This document shows, piece after piece, positions 1-12,405 of a DNA stretch of 64,000 bases (within the stretch, counting starts at the first letter, position 1; the number at the start of each line of letters is the position of its first letter). The translations under genes were made by a program, and so were the position numbers. The stretch is from positions 263,004,001-263,068,000 of the forward strand of contig OZ024742.1 of NCBI GenBank assembly GCA_964016885.1. Direction: 5' to 3'. Source of the DNA: Eledone cirrhosa. Taxonomy: Eukaryota. Under the pieces are notes generated by a model. That model had not been told where the DNA came from and made no database searches. It saw only the letters and a list, made by a program, of their open reading frames with translations.

Positions 1-865
1 CGAGGTTAGAGGACCACAGTCTTTCCAAGATCTGAGAACCATCAATGGCCACTTACCGTTTGGCTTGCCAGATGCGTGGTATGTTACACGATGACAGCCA
101 TTGGCACCTCACTCTGCAAGAAGCAGCAACTGCTAAAGTCCCTTCTCAGCTGTGAAAACTTTTTGCTATTATGCTGCACAACTGCGATCTCGCCGACCCT
201 CTCGCACTGTGGAACAACCACCGTGAAAGTCTAGCTGAGGACATCCTCCACTGCACACGCAGACACAATCCGAACGTAACATACAATGTCGTTTTCAATG
301 AGGCGCTCATTTGTCTTGAAAACAGTGTCCTGGAGATTGGTGGTAGGCCTCTAAGTCACTACAGCTTACCTGCTCCTGACAGGAGTGTCCAGAGGTAAAC
401 GTCTACAGAGCTTCTCCGCGAGACAATCTACGAAATCAGTGCTTCTCTCATGGTCAATTGTATGTAGGATGCTCTAGGGTGAGCTCGCCAAACAATCTCT
501 TCATCTTTGCTCCAGAGAGCCGAACAAAAAATATTGTATACTCTGAGGCTCTAACAATGTAATTTAAATATTTTCAGTTACTTGGAATTTCCATTATGGT
601 TGTACAAATTATCGTTTGTTAAAAAATTTGTTCTCTTTTCAGCCTTTATTGTTGTAACTATCAATTTTCTCTTTAACGTACTGGCTGCTGAACTGGGGAA
701 TCCTAAAACCTATTCAAACCCAACATCAGAGCATGTTAACCCCCCCCCCCCCCCCTTGCTGACTTGTGAGGGCGTGCAGCATCTTTGCACTGGAGTGTAG
801 GGAGATTCCTGAAAAGATAAAATACCGGTATACCTAGCCAGGCGCCAGCCGGACGGGCTAGCTAG
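1..865 (+). mobile_element. Helitron 3' portion (degenerate Rep/Pif1 helicase fragments with internal deletion, 3' hairpin and CTAG end)
   Basis: 1-50 reads EVRGPQSFQDLRTING. The 171-398 ORF (LWNNHRESLAEDIL...FNEALICLE) is Helitron-like. About 444-561 reads FSHGQLYVGCSRV...RTKNIVYSEAL*, the Pif1 helicase C-terminus. A GC-rich subterminal sequence ends CTAG|T at 862-866. Confidence 0.85.
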
Positions 866-867
866 TG

Positions 868-916
<49 letters not shown>

Positions 917-924
<8 letters not shown>

Positions 925-1320
925 ATGCTTTGGCAGGGTCATGTTGCCAATAAGAAACACACGCACCAGTTGCTTACACTGCTTTCTTGTTTTTTCTTGA
1001 AAAAACAAGATGGCGTAGGACAGAACAAAGGAGAGGCACAAAAACAAAGAAAAGAATCCCCAGTCACTGAAGAGGTCACAGAATGTGTGACGAAAGAACT
1101 TTGACAATATATGAACAATCGTCTGGTTGTGGAACCAACCAACCAACCGGAAATTTATAAATTCTTAAATTTATAAATTTAATTTATAATAAATTGAAGT
1201 GAAAGCAGCTGGTGCGTGTGTTTCTTATTGGCAACATGACCCTCTCAAAGCATAACAATATCGGTTTCAACACACGTTTTCAGATAAAGAATCTTGCTAA
1301 ACAAATTCAGAAACGAAATA
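917..1320 (+). mobile_element. Small non-coding fold-back element with a hammerhead motif (PLE-derived pLTR remnant)
   Basis: About 62-bp inverted repeat (917-980 vs 1198-1261), internal hammerhead core, extra ~60-bp tail, (TA)n on both sides. Confidence 0.65.
1063..1105 (+). ncRNA. Minimal type-I hammerhead ribozyme-like motif
   Basis: GTCA-CTGAAGA-G-GTCACA-gaatg-TGTGAC-GAAA-G-aa-C-T-T-TGAC. Helix I is GTCA/TGAC, helix II is 6 bp, helix III is minimal, cleavage triplet CUU. Confidence 0.7.
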
Positions 1321-1430
1321 TATATATATATATGTAGTAGTGTCAAGAGTTTCTGTAGAATAGATAAAGGAAAAAGAGACCTCTATGTCAAGTGCAGAGC
1401 TAAAGTTTATTATTATAAATAATTTCTCAA

Positions 1431-1514
1431 CATGCTACCTACGGTTTCAAAGCCTACTCTAGCATAGCTCATAGAGACGCTATATCTGCTAGTGTTGTTT
1501 ATCTTTCAGACAAT
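1431..1514 (-). ncRNA. Degenerate hammerhead-like motif with long stem II
   Basis: Minus strand: TGT-CTGAAAGA...CTAGCA...TGCTAG...GAAA-CC-gta-GG-TA-GCA. Flank 1360-1410 resembles the flank at 59400-59470. Confidence 0.4.
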
Positions 1515-1848
1515 ACCAAGATGGCCAACATTATTTCCGATAAAATAAAGTACCAGTAATGCACTGAGTATTTGCTGGCTTTGTGCCAAAAGTAGAAACA
1601 ATTATTTCATATATGAGATCTCAAGTGAAAGGGAAGTAATAATAATGTAACCGTAAATTAGTTTTTGTTATTCAAGGGGAATAACTCATGCGTCAGTAAG
1701 TTTATATTTTTAATGTAATTGTTAAAGTGAAATTGTATTGTGTATGTATATGTTTGTGTGTTTTCTGTGTATAATTATATGAATTATTGTAGTGAAGGCA
1801 TGATTTTATTAAGGTGTAGGGTGTTTTTAAATAAGTATATACTGTGTC

Positions 1849-3683
1849 AGGTTTGTGTCAGGCAAAAGTACCACAGACGCTCTTTTCATTGTACGACAAC
1901 TACAGGAGAAGTACCTAGCTAAAAGTAAACCCCTATACTTAGCTTTTGTCGACTTGGAGAAAGCCTTCGACAGAGTCCCCCGTTCCATTATCTGGTGGTC
2001 TCTTAGAAAACTAGGTGTTGACGAATGGCTTGTGAGAGCTATACAAGCCATGTATAAAGAAACAGTCAGTAAGGTTAGAATTAACAACGAATATAGTGAA
2101 GAGGTTAGCGTAAAAGTTGGTGTCCATCAGGGCTCTGTACTTAGCCCCCTACTATTTATTATTGCCCTTCAGGCTATAACAGAGGAGTTCAAGACCGGCT
2201 GCCCATGGGAACTCCTATACGCAGATGATCTAACGCTCATAGCTGAATCAATGACCGAACTAGAGAAGAAATTCCAAACGTGGAAGCACGGCCTAGAATC
2301 AAAAGGCCTTAAAATTAACCTGGCTAAGACTAAAGTTCTAGTTTGTAGGAAAGAAAATAAGGCGGCGGTCCCATCGGGGAAATGGCCATGCTCAGTGTGT
2401 AGGAAAGGCGTAGGTAGAAACTCCATTTTATGTCCCAAATGCAAAGTATGGGTGCATAAAAGATGTAGTGGGATCACAGGTAAGCTAACTAAGAACATAG
2501 ATTTTACATGTGGCCGGTGCTCTGGTGCAATAAGTAGCAGCAAGTGCCCACAAAATACTAGCTCCTTCAACTGCGCAGAGGGTTCTATAGAAATAGTGGA
2601 CAGCTTCCGTTATCTGGGTGACAAAATCAGCAGTGGGGGAGGGTGCTCTGAAAGTACAGTAGCTAGAGTCAGAACTGGATGGAAAAAGTTCAGAGAGCTT
2701 ATACCACTATTAGCCGCTAGAGGGTTCTCCCTAAAAATGAAAGGCAGGTTATACGATGCCTGCATACGAACAGCAATGCTGCATGGCAGTGAGACCTGGG
2801 CATTGTGTGCAGAGGATATACGCAGACTAGAGAGGAACGAAGCTTGCATGCTCCGCTGGATGTGCAATAGTAATATACGTGAACGGCAAAGCATAAACGA
2901 ACTAAGGAAAAAATTAGAAATAAGAGGGATCAGATGTTGTTTACTCGAGAGAAGGCTACGTTGGTACGGTCACGTGATGCGCATGAAAGACGACAGCTGT
3001 ATAACAAAGTGCAGGGCAATAAAGATAGACGGTAGCCACGGAGTAGGCAGACCCAGAAAAACATGGGACGAGCTGATAAATTCCGACCTCACACGCTTAC
3101 ACCTCTCCAAGACAATGTCACTGGACCGAGACCTTTGGCGGTACTCAGTAATAGAGAAGACCCGCCTTACCTAAATACAAAGTAAAAACCTACTACAGTC
3201 AGTAGGCACCTCTATCAAAACACACCCCCGTCCCACCACCTCCACCCCACCCACACCGCCCCTTTCAATGTAAAGTTATGTTGGTACCACAACATCCAGG
3301 CCGAAACAAATGAGATCGTGTAGGTGTCACGACAAAAAACACACAGTCCACGCTGTAAATGTGGCCGTGTAGGCAACACGGTAAAAACCTCCCAGCCCCA
3401 CACTGTAAATGTGGTTGGTGTTAGGAAGGGCATCCAGCTGTAGAAAACCCGCCAGACAGTCCACGCTGTAATGTGGCCGTGTAGGCAACACGGTAAAAAC
3501 CTCCCAGACCCACACTGTAAATGTGGTTGGTGTTAGGAAGGGCATCCAACTGTAGAAAACCCGCCAGACAGTCCTATGCGAGCAAGACAACCACTCTTGC
3601 CTCAAGTGGGAAAACCCCCGTCCAAACCCATGCAAGCGTGGAACACGGACGCTAAACCTGATGATGATGATGATGATGATGAT
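1849..3683 (+). mobile_element. 5'-truncated RTE-clade LINE with tandemly repeated 3' UTR and (GAT)n tail
   Basis: RT ORF, then a 3' UTR with ~90-130-bp internal repeats (3330-3575), ending in (GAT)n at ~3660-3683. Confidence 0.92.
1855..3174 (+). CDS. RTE LINE reverse transcriptase, C-terminal part, uninterrupted, with PHD-like Cys/His insert
   Basis: FVDLEKAFDRVP, GVHQGSVLSPLLF, LLYADD, FRYLG, RLRWYGHVMR and GRPRKTW motifs. CSVC...CPKC..WVHKRC...CGRC insert. No true start because the element is 5' truncated. Confidence 0.9.
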   Translation: MSGKSTTDALFIVRQLQEKYLAKSKPLYLAFVDLEKAFDRVPRSIIWWSLRKLGVDEWLVRAIQAMYKETVSKVRINNEYSEEVSVKVGVHQGSVLSPLLFIIALQAITEEFKTGCPWELLYADDLTLIAESMTELEKKFQTWKHGLESKGLKINLAKTKVLVCRKENKAAVPSGKWPCSVCRKGVGRNSILCPKCKVWVHKRCSGITGKLTKNIDFTCGRCSGAISSSKCPQNTSSFNCAEGSIEIVDSFRYLGDKISSGGGCSESTVARVRTGWKKFRELIPLLAARGFSLKMKGRLYDACIRTAMLHGSETWALCAEDIRRLERNEACMLRWMCNSNIRERQSINELRKKLEIRGIRCCLLERRLRWYGHVMRMKDDSCITKCRAIKIDGSHGVGRPRKTWDELINSDLTRLHLSKTMSLDRDLWRYSVIEKTRLT

Positions 3684-3859
3684 GTGACTGAGGACTGGCG
3701 CTTTGCAGTGCTGAAGAACACCTGACCTGCAGCATACATTGTGACCTGACCTACCCTACCGCCTTCCACTAGCAGTCCCTAACAGTTATTCTGAGCATCA
3801 CTACTTCAACCCTTACCCACACATACACATTCCTAGCAGCTGACCCCATCCCCAACCTC

Positions 3860-4226
3860 ATGAAGTGGTTGGTGACTGGAAGGGCATCCAGTCATAGAAA
3901 ACTCGCCAGATAATGATTCAAGAAGATCCTTCAGTCATGTCAAGGACATGACAACCTCCATAGTGTTGGTGATTTACATGCTAAAAGTACACGGGACAAG
4001 GGAAATCTTGCCAAACAAAGGGTCGGGAGAACCCTCAGCTGTGTCAAATGCATAACAACCTCTCTTGAGCGCTCAATGGAACGTGTGGTCGTACATAAGC
4101 GAGACACAGATCCCTGACCTACCTGGGAGATCAGTGGCTACACTTCAGTATTGATTCAGTCTGCTTGGACCTGTCCAACCCTTGCTAGCAGGGAAAGCAG
4201 ACATTAAAACGATGATGATGATGATA
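3860..4226 (+). repeat. Short RTE-tail-related retroposed copy
   Basis: Carries ggaagggcatccag and ccaacc...gctagca...gacattaaa(cgat)(gat)n, shared with the RTE 3' end. Similar short tails lie near 8350, 9260, 16340, 42320, 44570, 53955, 58085, 60680 and 63060. Confidence 0.65.
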
Positions 4227-4400
4227 ATGTGTATGTATGTATTTATGAGTATTATTTATATCGATTGTTGTATTTAATCGTATTAAGGTGGAATGTGATA
4301 TGTGCCTTGTTGAAGGTGATATTCATGTGTATAGTATACAGCTTATTGTATTTTATGCAGTTGCTTGTCTTCGGCAAACTTACTGAGAAGTAGCCTTTAA

Positions 4401-4654
4401 CTGTTTTGATACCAAACAGCCAGAAACCGCCCCTGGTTCTATGTTACAAAACTGTTTGTTTTAAAGTGTTTATATTTACTTGATATTCTTCCATCATAAT
4501 TTTATGTAAAGAACCCTAGTTAAGTTATGTTCCAAATATCAGCTTGATAATGAAAACTTTAGTTATATTACTATATTACCCCAAATTTTGATTATTTTCA
4601 TTTTTTTGAAAATTATAGGTAGTGCCTTTCACTAGAAATATGGTAACAAATGGG
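4401..4654. mobile_element. piggyBac-type MITE
   Basis: TTAA on both sides (4397-4400, 4655-4658). Imperfect TIRs ctgttttgatacca / tggtaacaaatggg. Confidence 0.6.
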
Positions 4655-5347
4655 TTAAATAATGGCCAATCATCTTAGATATATTCAAGAAGGACATGTT
4701 GGGTATAGAAGTCTAAGATATACTCTGGCTGACAACAAAAAGATAGGCTGGTCATGGATGGAACTCCTTTGATCAAAAGCCTGTTAGTCAAGGTAGACGT
4801 GGAGCTAAACAACATGTGATCTATCAAATAGTATAGTTCAAAACCATTTCATTTCTAATAAATCCACTCTCTTGAAGGAAAGTGAAGGGAAAATTGCTGA
4901 ACAAATAAAAAAATTGATTTAAATATTGACGGATAAATTTTAAAAGAAGCAAAATTTAAAGGCCCTTTTTCTCTCTTATTCTGGTACGTTTTTTTGTATT
5001 TATTTTTTTAACAATTGCACAGATGAAACCTGACTGCCAACTCCCAACCACCACCAAGCTAATGAGGGAGCCTCTATGTGATTGCTTTAACAACATACAC
5101 TTACAAAAGGACACAAATAATGCAATCCAAGGTTCCCTGCACATAGAAAAAAGTGCTGATCTACCGGTTAAACAACATCAACTCCTCCCTTGAACAACAA
5201 TGAACTAACAAGAAAGCTCTATATGGTCACATGACTGGCTAGAAATAGCAGCCAAATATTCCCATATATATTATATTGTCATAAAAAGAGATATATAATG
5301 TAGTCTTAAATATATTAAAAAGACAGGATGGTTATTGTTGGAATGGT

Positions 5348-5636
5348 CTGCTGTGTGAAGGGTTCAGCATGGCATACAGGCCTGTCCTTCCACATAGCGG
5401 TGCCTCCAGTCCCAGGCTCCCAAACTGTAGTTTCTGCAGTGAGAAGGGTTCATTGCAGCCAGCTGGCCTGTCCTTCCTCACAGTGGTTCCACTGTCAGAA
5501 GGGTCTGCACGGCCAATTAGTCTCTCCCTCCTCATAGCGGTGCCATCCAGTCGCAGGCTCCCAAATCTGGAATGTGGCTCTGCTGTGAGAGGGGTTTGGC
5601 ACGATCAACTGGTCTGTCCCTTTTTATAGCGGTGCT
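5348..5636. repeat. Four diverged GC-rich units, each an imperfect hairpin
   Basis: Units follow gctgtg(a/t)gaagg...~25 nt...ccttcctcatagcggtg. Two units are followed by a ccagtc.caggctcccaaa linker. Confidence 0.7.
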
Positions 5637-6329
5637 ATGCGACACCTGAACAAACTTATGTATAAGAATAGCAAACTTACTGCCTTAGTGCTCAAGAACA
5701 AACACAGAACAACTGAGGAAGTCATCGCAATTATTGAAGAAATTACAACCAAGTGAACATATTCAGGTACTGTTCAAGCACCCTGTATATCACCGTTTGT
5801 AAAGCCCTTCGAATGACTGAAGCAATTCAATAAAACCATCCTGTTTTCCCCCTATAGTAGACATAACCCGAGAAAACACACCATAATAAGTCGGATAAAA
5901 TATCAGAAGTGTTGGCCCTAAAGAGGGCCTTGTAATGTTCACTGTTGCAAAGTGTTAATAATGGGGGAGAAGTTACATTTTCTTAATTCGTGTTAATCTT
6001 CCCACGGTCCGACACCTCGAAATATCGACAAAATAAACTCAACTCCCAAAGATGGCATGTTACAATTAACATGCCAGGAGTATGAATATTCGTCAACATA
6101 CGATTTGGGTTTTATTCTTCGGACTAATCTCATGGTAAGCCAACTTCCAGGTCATTGATCATCACACTTTTTTGCAACTTATTTGAAGCTTTGTTTGAAA
6201 TTTCTAATAAGTTGTTGCCTTGTTTTGGAGGACTGAATTGTGGGAGGAGGAAGGGGAGTAGTGGGAGGGAGGTTTTAACATACAGTAGTAGTATGTCCTC
6301 TTCCCCCTCTCTCACTGAAACATCTTTCC

Positions 6330-6520
6330 TCCTCTATTGTAAAGATGTCCCCAGGGGTTCTATTATTGATTTTTATTGAAATCCAATTAGCCAGTCCTGT
6401 TTCTGAATATTAGCTTAACATGTGTGTAAAGTTTCATCAGGATTGGATCACTGGTGTAGATGCCAACTGGTTATACACACAGATACACAGACAAATAGAA
6501 ATTGCCATTTATATGGTAGA
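6330..6520 (-). mobile_element. Non-autonomous Helitron-like 5' end
   Basis: Minus strand begins A|TCTACCATATAAATGGC...TGTCTGTGTATCTGTGTG...GATCCAATCCTGATGAAACTTTACACA, the typical layout of a non-autonomous Helitron 5' end. Confidence 0.55.
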
Positions 6521-6656
6521 TATATATATACACACACACCCATGTTGTATATATATAAATCAGGATGGATTCAGTTTGAATCTGGTTAGACCATTATTCA
6601 ACAGAGTACTCGATACTTGGGGTAGTAGAGTATGGTTATATTATAAAGAAGCGGGA

Positions 6657-6714
6657 CCCCGACAGCTGAGCTCTTGCCGTTTCAACAGCCAATTCCAGAC
6701 TGATTGTCAAAGAC
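6657..6714 (-). ncRNA. Decayed hammerhead-like motif
   Basis: Minus strand: TTGACAA (two transitions from CTGACGA)-t-CAGTC...GGCTG-tt-GAAAC-GGC...GCT-GTC. Confidence 0.35.
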
Positions 6715-7479
6715 ATTGGCAGTTAACTGGTTGTATTGTCAGGAGGAATGGTTTGTGCAAATAAGGACATACATTATCTATCCAATTGTAAAATCTCTTC
6801 ACATGTGTTTGTTTGTTTTTTTGTTGTTGTTGAGGATGTGGTTGTATATGGTTGTGTGTATAGATATTTGGCTTAGTGAGTGTTTATATGTATGTGTGTG
6901 TCTACCTGGTCCGCTTGAAATAGAATGATCATGGAGAAGGGGCAGTAATATATTTATTGAGAAAATATATTAGGGTGTGTGTGTGTATGTCTGCCCCCAG
7001 GTGTGGTTATCTCGACCTTCAGACGACAGGTTTATAGAATTGGCATCAGTCCTAATCAAAAAATAGTACAAGTTGATCGAAAGGGAACATATCTGTCAAT
7101 GAAGTGACAACTTATTTCTTATCTGGAAAAACAAGGAACAGCCATCCAATTCATCAATACACATGCACTTGATGAGACAATGATATATGTTGTTTTTATA
7201 AAGTTGACTAAATTGAGGAATTTGGATATTATTTAAATAAGCTAATCTTTAGTTTTGGAAGAGTTACCTTATATTGCTTATGAAAAGCACCTATGTGTGT
7301 GTGTCTGTGTTTTAGATATTGCAATAAACAAAATATATTAGTTTTTATGGTTAATTCCTGTTACAAAAAGTATTGCTAAAGTAGTGCAGCAAGTTATGAA
7401 AACGTTCTGGAGTGATGTGGGAATTAATATTGATTTCTAATTTAAGCATGATGCCAACAATCTGAGGGGAAAGGAAAGT

Positions 7480-7632
7480 TGATTATTAACAACCCCAGTA
7501 CATAACTAGTACTTTATTTTATCAACCCTGGAAAGATGAAAGGTAAAGTTGAGCTTGGTAGCATTTAAACTCAGAACATAGAAAGTTGTAACTAAATACT
7601 GCAAAGCAATTTGACCAATACTGCCAATCCAC
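7480..7632 (-). mobile_element. tRNA-derived SINE, diverged
   Basis: Reverse complement of the family head (gattggcagtattggt...tctgagtttaaat) and central domain (ctttcatctttcc.gggttgataaaataaagtac). Confidence 0.65.
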
Positions 7633-9120
7633 AGCCCTCATTTGGGAATTAATATTAAAAATATATGACATTATGTGAAATTTGAATTTTTGAACTTGCA
7701 AAAGCACCAAAGAATTAAATTTATAAGATGTAGGAAGCTCAATCACAGAAAACAACTGCAATTACAGTCAGTTGCTATAAGGCAGCTTATACAAATCGAG
7801 TAAAGACTCTTAGAGATGGAAAAAATGTAACATTTTTTTTTTTTGGGGGGGGGGATATTTTACCAGGAGCATAATAATGGGTAATGACCTAGTTTAAATA
7901 ATATAAGAAGTTTAAGCCTTTATTATAATAAACAAAGATTTTCCAACAATATGCCATATGTGTATAGTAAAATTACGAATATAAAATGAAACAAAAATTA
8001 CTCAAAAATGCTTTAGCTTATTTATCACTGTTTCTCGCAGAACCCCTAGTGACCTCTGGTTGAGAAATGCTGGTCGAAATTAAGGAGCTTCACACATGAC
8101 ATTTTTTAATATTTTCAAAAGCTATTTGATTCAGCTCCATATTTAGACAGTAAGATGTTGTGAGGGGTCCCTTAGCTCAATGATTAGATCACCTAACCAA
8201 TATCGGGTAGATACAGAGTTTGCTTCTTTGTAGCAGCCGCTGCGAGAATTTTTCCCATCTCTAAGGGTCTTTGCCCAATTTTTATAAAGCTATTTTATAG
8301 CAACTGATTGTAACTAGAGTTATTTTCCGTATCTAAGCTTTTTAAATCATCATCATTTTTATGCCCACTATTCCACGCTTGCATGGGTTGGACATCTTAT
8401 TATAAATTTCTGGCATTAATAATTTTTTCTACACATTATTGAAATTAGATAATCCAAACTTCATTCTCATAAAATGCATTTGACACTCTTTCCATTTAGC
8501 ATGTTCCCATGCTACTGAAGAATTACCTTTTAACAATGGATTCTTGTTAAGAAAAACTTACAACAGTTCCCATATTTGAGTACTGTGAAGAGAATTTTAC
8601 ATAGAAATATATAAATTTATCAACAATGGCAAGGAACCATAAAAATGATTCCTTTTCATCTACAATATAGTTAGCAAGAATTAACTGTATAAAAAAGAAT
8701 TACCAAATGGAATGCATTAAAATTACATTTTCTAATGGCATCTTCTAATTACAATAAGTTTTATGCAAGAAAATTACATGTACACAGACAATTATTGAAC
8801 TTTTATAAGAATCAGGTTGATTGAATTTGATGAAATTAAATTGTTGTCCCAAAACAATATGGTAGATTACTGCAGTATCTTAGAACTATATAATTTTGCA
8901 TTGACTATGTTTACAAAAATTTTACATCTTCAATATGTGAACGTTGAAATGAATATAGATACTGAATCATAGTAGCCCCCATGTGAAAAAATTGACTACC
9001 TTTTAGCCAGTAAAATTTCAACAACATAAATTTCCCTAGAACAAGGAAGCACTATAAAAAAACAGCATCAAGTTTTGAGAGAAACGTACTAAGAACTCTT
9101 GAACCAAGTATATATATAAA

Positions 9121-9485
9121 TGGCACAAGCATATGATTCTAGGTTCAGTCCCACTGCAAAGCATATTGAGCAAGTGTCTTCTACTATAGCCTCATGTTGA
9201 GAGTGGAATTTGATAGCAGAAACTGCAGAAGCCAGTGGTATGTGTATATATATATATGTCTAACCCATGCTAGCGTGGAAAGTGGACGTTAAACGAGGAT
9301 GATGATGATGATGTATCCATGTGTTTACGTTTAGGTGCGTGTCTATGTTTATGCCCTATAACTTGGCAGTTCAACAAAAAAGGGATCAATAAAATGAGTA
9401 CCAGGGTTGATATGATTGATTAAATCAAGGTGGGACCCAGCATGATCGCAGTCTAATGACTGAAACCAGTAAAAGAGTAAAAGGA
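9121..9485 (+). mobile_element. Second SINE family copy with a nested RTE tail
   Basis: ggttcagtcccactg B-box-like head, gcaagtgtcttctactatagcc core, gcagtctaatgactgaaacca tail. RTE tail at ~9258-9312. Confidence 0.55.
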
Positions 9486-9959
9486 GAGAAAGCTCTTTGA
9501 GACAGACATACTAAGAACACATGAACCATGTTCATATAAATATCAAAGACATTCCCTTAAGAGTTTATTTTAGTCAAAGTTGCTTATCTTTTGCTGCTTT
9601 CGATTAATCTAAGACTGGTGATACAGAGAACCAGTGGTGCAAACTGCTAATACTTTATCAGAAAAAGAAACTCCCATTGACACGTCAGAAAATTGGTGTA
9701 AAGCAGCAGCACTTTAAAATGCAGCCGGACGAACCAGGATGATCAGATTTGTCAGAATAGTTGCTGACTGTTTACAACATGCCACTATAGCACATGCGTG
9801 CAGTACCCGTCTGACTGTGCAAAATGGCTCCATAGTCAATCAGAAACTAATTGACGGTGCATGTGATGGCCTTGAGCTATAAAGTACTTCAGCTCACATT
9901 AGAGATCCTGGTAGCTCTCCATCTCACACACCTGGATCCACTGACCAACATCAGGATCT

Positions 9960-11600
9960 TCTACATCTCTGACAGTGTTGCTGCCTTGTATACATTCGAT
10001 GAGGATGTGACAGCAACTCTGGGATCCTTCCCAGGGAGCAGCAGCGGCAAAGAGGATGACCTGCAACCCAGCCACCTCAGATTCGTAATCTCACTACACA
10101 CTGCTGAGGTAAGGGCACAGCTACTCCAATCCATTATCGCTCTCACCAACAGGCTTCTTTGTGCCGACCTCCCTGTGATCTTTTCTTCTCAGCCAACTTG
10201 ACGGCGTTGAAGAAGAATGATAATGGCATACAGAATATAGCAGTGGGCAACATCTTTCGGCAACTTGCAGTCAAGGTAGCCAGTAGGTCAGTCATTGAAA
10301 ACCTGAGTGAGGTATTCAGCTTTGTCCAGCTCAGAGTTGGAATTAAGTGTGGCTGTGAGGCAGCAGCTCATGCAACCAAACACTTCATAGAGCACATGCC
10401 TCCTTCATCACCTCACATGCGTAATGCCTTCAACAGTGTTAGGCCACATCATGTTTTAGAGACATAGCTATGACATGCTCTCTCATTGCACCCTCTCTTA
10501 TGGGACACCCAGCAAACTTATGGCTGCTGACAAAACAGATCACCTCTGCCACAGATGTTCAGTAAAAGGACCCATTTGGCTTGCTCCTTTTCATGCTGGC
10601 AGTTGATGAGATCACCCTATAACTGGAGATCAACCCGTCCAAGTCCAAAATCATTAATGTGAGCTACAGCGAAGTCAAATTCCAAGACGGCACACTCAGC
10701 ATCAATCCTGTCCTGACTGGAGCTTGGTTAAACCAGAAGGACACCGTCTGCATTCTCAGCTCTCCAATTCTCCCGAAAACCTAACATGAGTGCCTGGACA
10801 CCAAGCATGCAGACCTGACAATGATGACAGAAAGATTATGCCTCATCGATGTGCACCGGACGCTCTTCCTCCTGAGGAACTGCGTCACTCACCCCAAATT
10901 CCTCTACTTGCTACGTGGTGCGCCATGCCATTCTCTAGCAGATCCACTCATCGAGCTTGATGCCTCCATCTGATGCTGTGCCAAATTCATCTGCAATGTT
11001 TACTTCAATGGCACTGGCTGGCAGCAGGTGAAACTCCCTGTGAGATTTGGCGACCTCGAATTCCAATCCACTCTTGATTTAGCGCTACCAGCCTATCTCT
11101 CTTCAATCTCCGCCAGTCTGCGCCCGTTATCTTTCTGCTTTAGTGCAGACCAGCTCCCTGTCATGCTGCTCTGAACAATATCATCAGAAGGAGCCTTGAC
11201 ACAGCCAGTTTCCCTTCACAATTGGAGCTAGCTGACCTCAGCCGTGGTGATGGCAAGCACCCAGACAGATCAATCCTTATCCCTTTCGAAAGGAGCAAAT
11301 CCTTAATTTGGGACGTGATGTGCAGTGACTCATTCTCCGCCCCTAACCTTGCCGCTTCGACCACAAACCTGGGCTCTGCTGCCTGCAATGTGGAGGAAGA
11401 TAGTCAAATACCAGTGCCTGACCGATTGTTTACTTTTTACACCAACCTCTATTGAGATCTCTGGCGTCTCTGGTCCCTGCACTGCTGATTTCCTCCTTAA
11501 AGTTGGCAGCCCGCTTGAGAAGGGAGACTCCTGAGATGGGGTGTCTGTTGCAGCGAGTGTCTCTGATCATTCTCCACGGTAACACTTTTGCTGTTTTGTT
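9960..11600 (+). mobile_element. Degraded CRE-clade non-LTR retrotransposon (RT plus restriction-like endonuclease)
   Basis: FFSANLTALKK...IAVGNIFRQL, QLRVGIKCGCEAAAHA, NAFNSVR, DGKHPD...LIWDV and LQRVSLIILHGN. Many stops and frameshifts. Confidence 0.75.
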
Positions 11601-11950
11601 GGGCACAGCTGAGGCACCACTCAGACTGAAGGTGTAATGACTGTCCCTCCTCCCTCCCTTTCTTTCAATGCTTGAAAGAGTGTTTTCAAGAGTAACTACA
11701 ATAAAATTAAACTAAGGAAAATGATAGGGTCAAATCTACTTTCATTTAGGTCTTAAAATAAAACTTTAAAAACATTTGCTGCTAAAGATTTGTTCCTAAC
11801 AAAGCCAAGCAAAAATTCTTGACACATTTATATATGTATATGTGTGTGCGTATCTGCTACACTAGTGGATAAATTAATATATAGTTTACAAACTTATCTA
11901 ATCCCACTTCAGAAGTGAACAAATTACTACAGAACTGTGTAAACACTTAC

Positions 11951-11979
11951 CTTTGTAGCTTCTCTTGTTGTTTGAAGTA
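11951..11979 (-). CDS. DNAJC25: DNAJC25-like coding exon 2 (29-nt micro-exon, start of J-domain)
   Basis: Polypyrimidine tract, then tttcAG|TACTTCAAACAACAAGAGAAGCTACAAAG|GTAAGT. Joins exon 1 in phase 1 to give ...NCYD-LLQTTREATK. Confidence 0.8.
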
Positions 11980-12405
11980 CTGAAAGAAAAAAGAAAAAGT
12001 ATTCAATATACATGAATATATATATATATTATATAAAATCATCAATTTTTCCCTGTTAGCACTGTGGGTATGGTGTGGCATGCGGTGGCCGGAAGCGGGA
12101 GAGTGCTCGACCGGAAGGGCCAGCAGATCGGCCTCTCTCTAGTGGTGACCAGCAACGGTGTGGACGCGAGTTTTGGCAGCTCCCGGTGTTAATGAGTTGG
12201 ACGCACGTGGAAGAGGAGAAACCAGCAGTGGGATTTAGCGGCGCCTAAGAAAAGCGGTAAGTGAGATAGCTTTTTCTAACCACAAGCTATTTCGGCACTG
12301 GAAACCGAGATCTGATTGAAAAAAAAAAAAAAAAAAAAAAGCTACTGGAAAAACAGAGAGGAGTCTGTTGTTTTTTTTATCACGTACCGCAAGACAAATT
12401 AGGAT

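Noticed and set aside
6555-6590. Possible DNAJC25 exon 3 (HPD codons on the minus strand)
   Set aside because: An in-frame stop lies just upstream, and there is no J-domain helix II similarity or acceptor site.
8165-8240. tRNA-like sequence (ggtcccttagctcaatgattaga...)
   Set aside because: The T-arm/B-box is degenerate and no acceptor stem forms; at most a SINE head. The other tRNA-like heads in the window are SINEs too.
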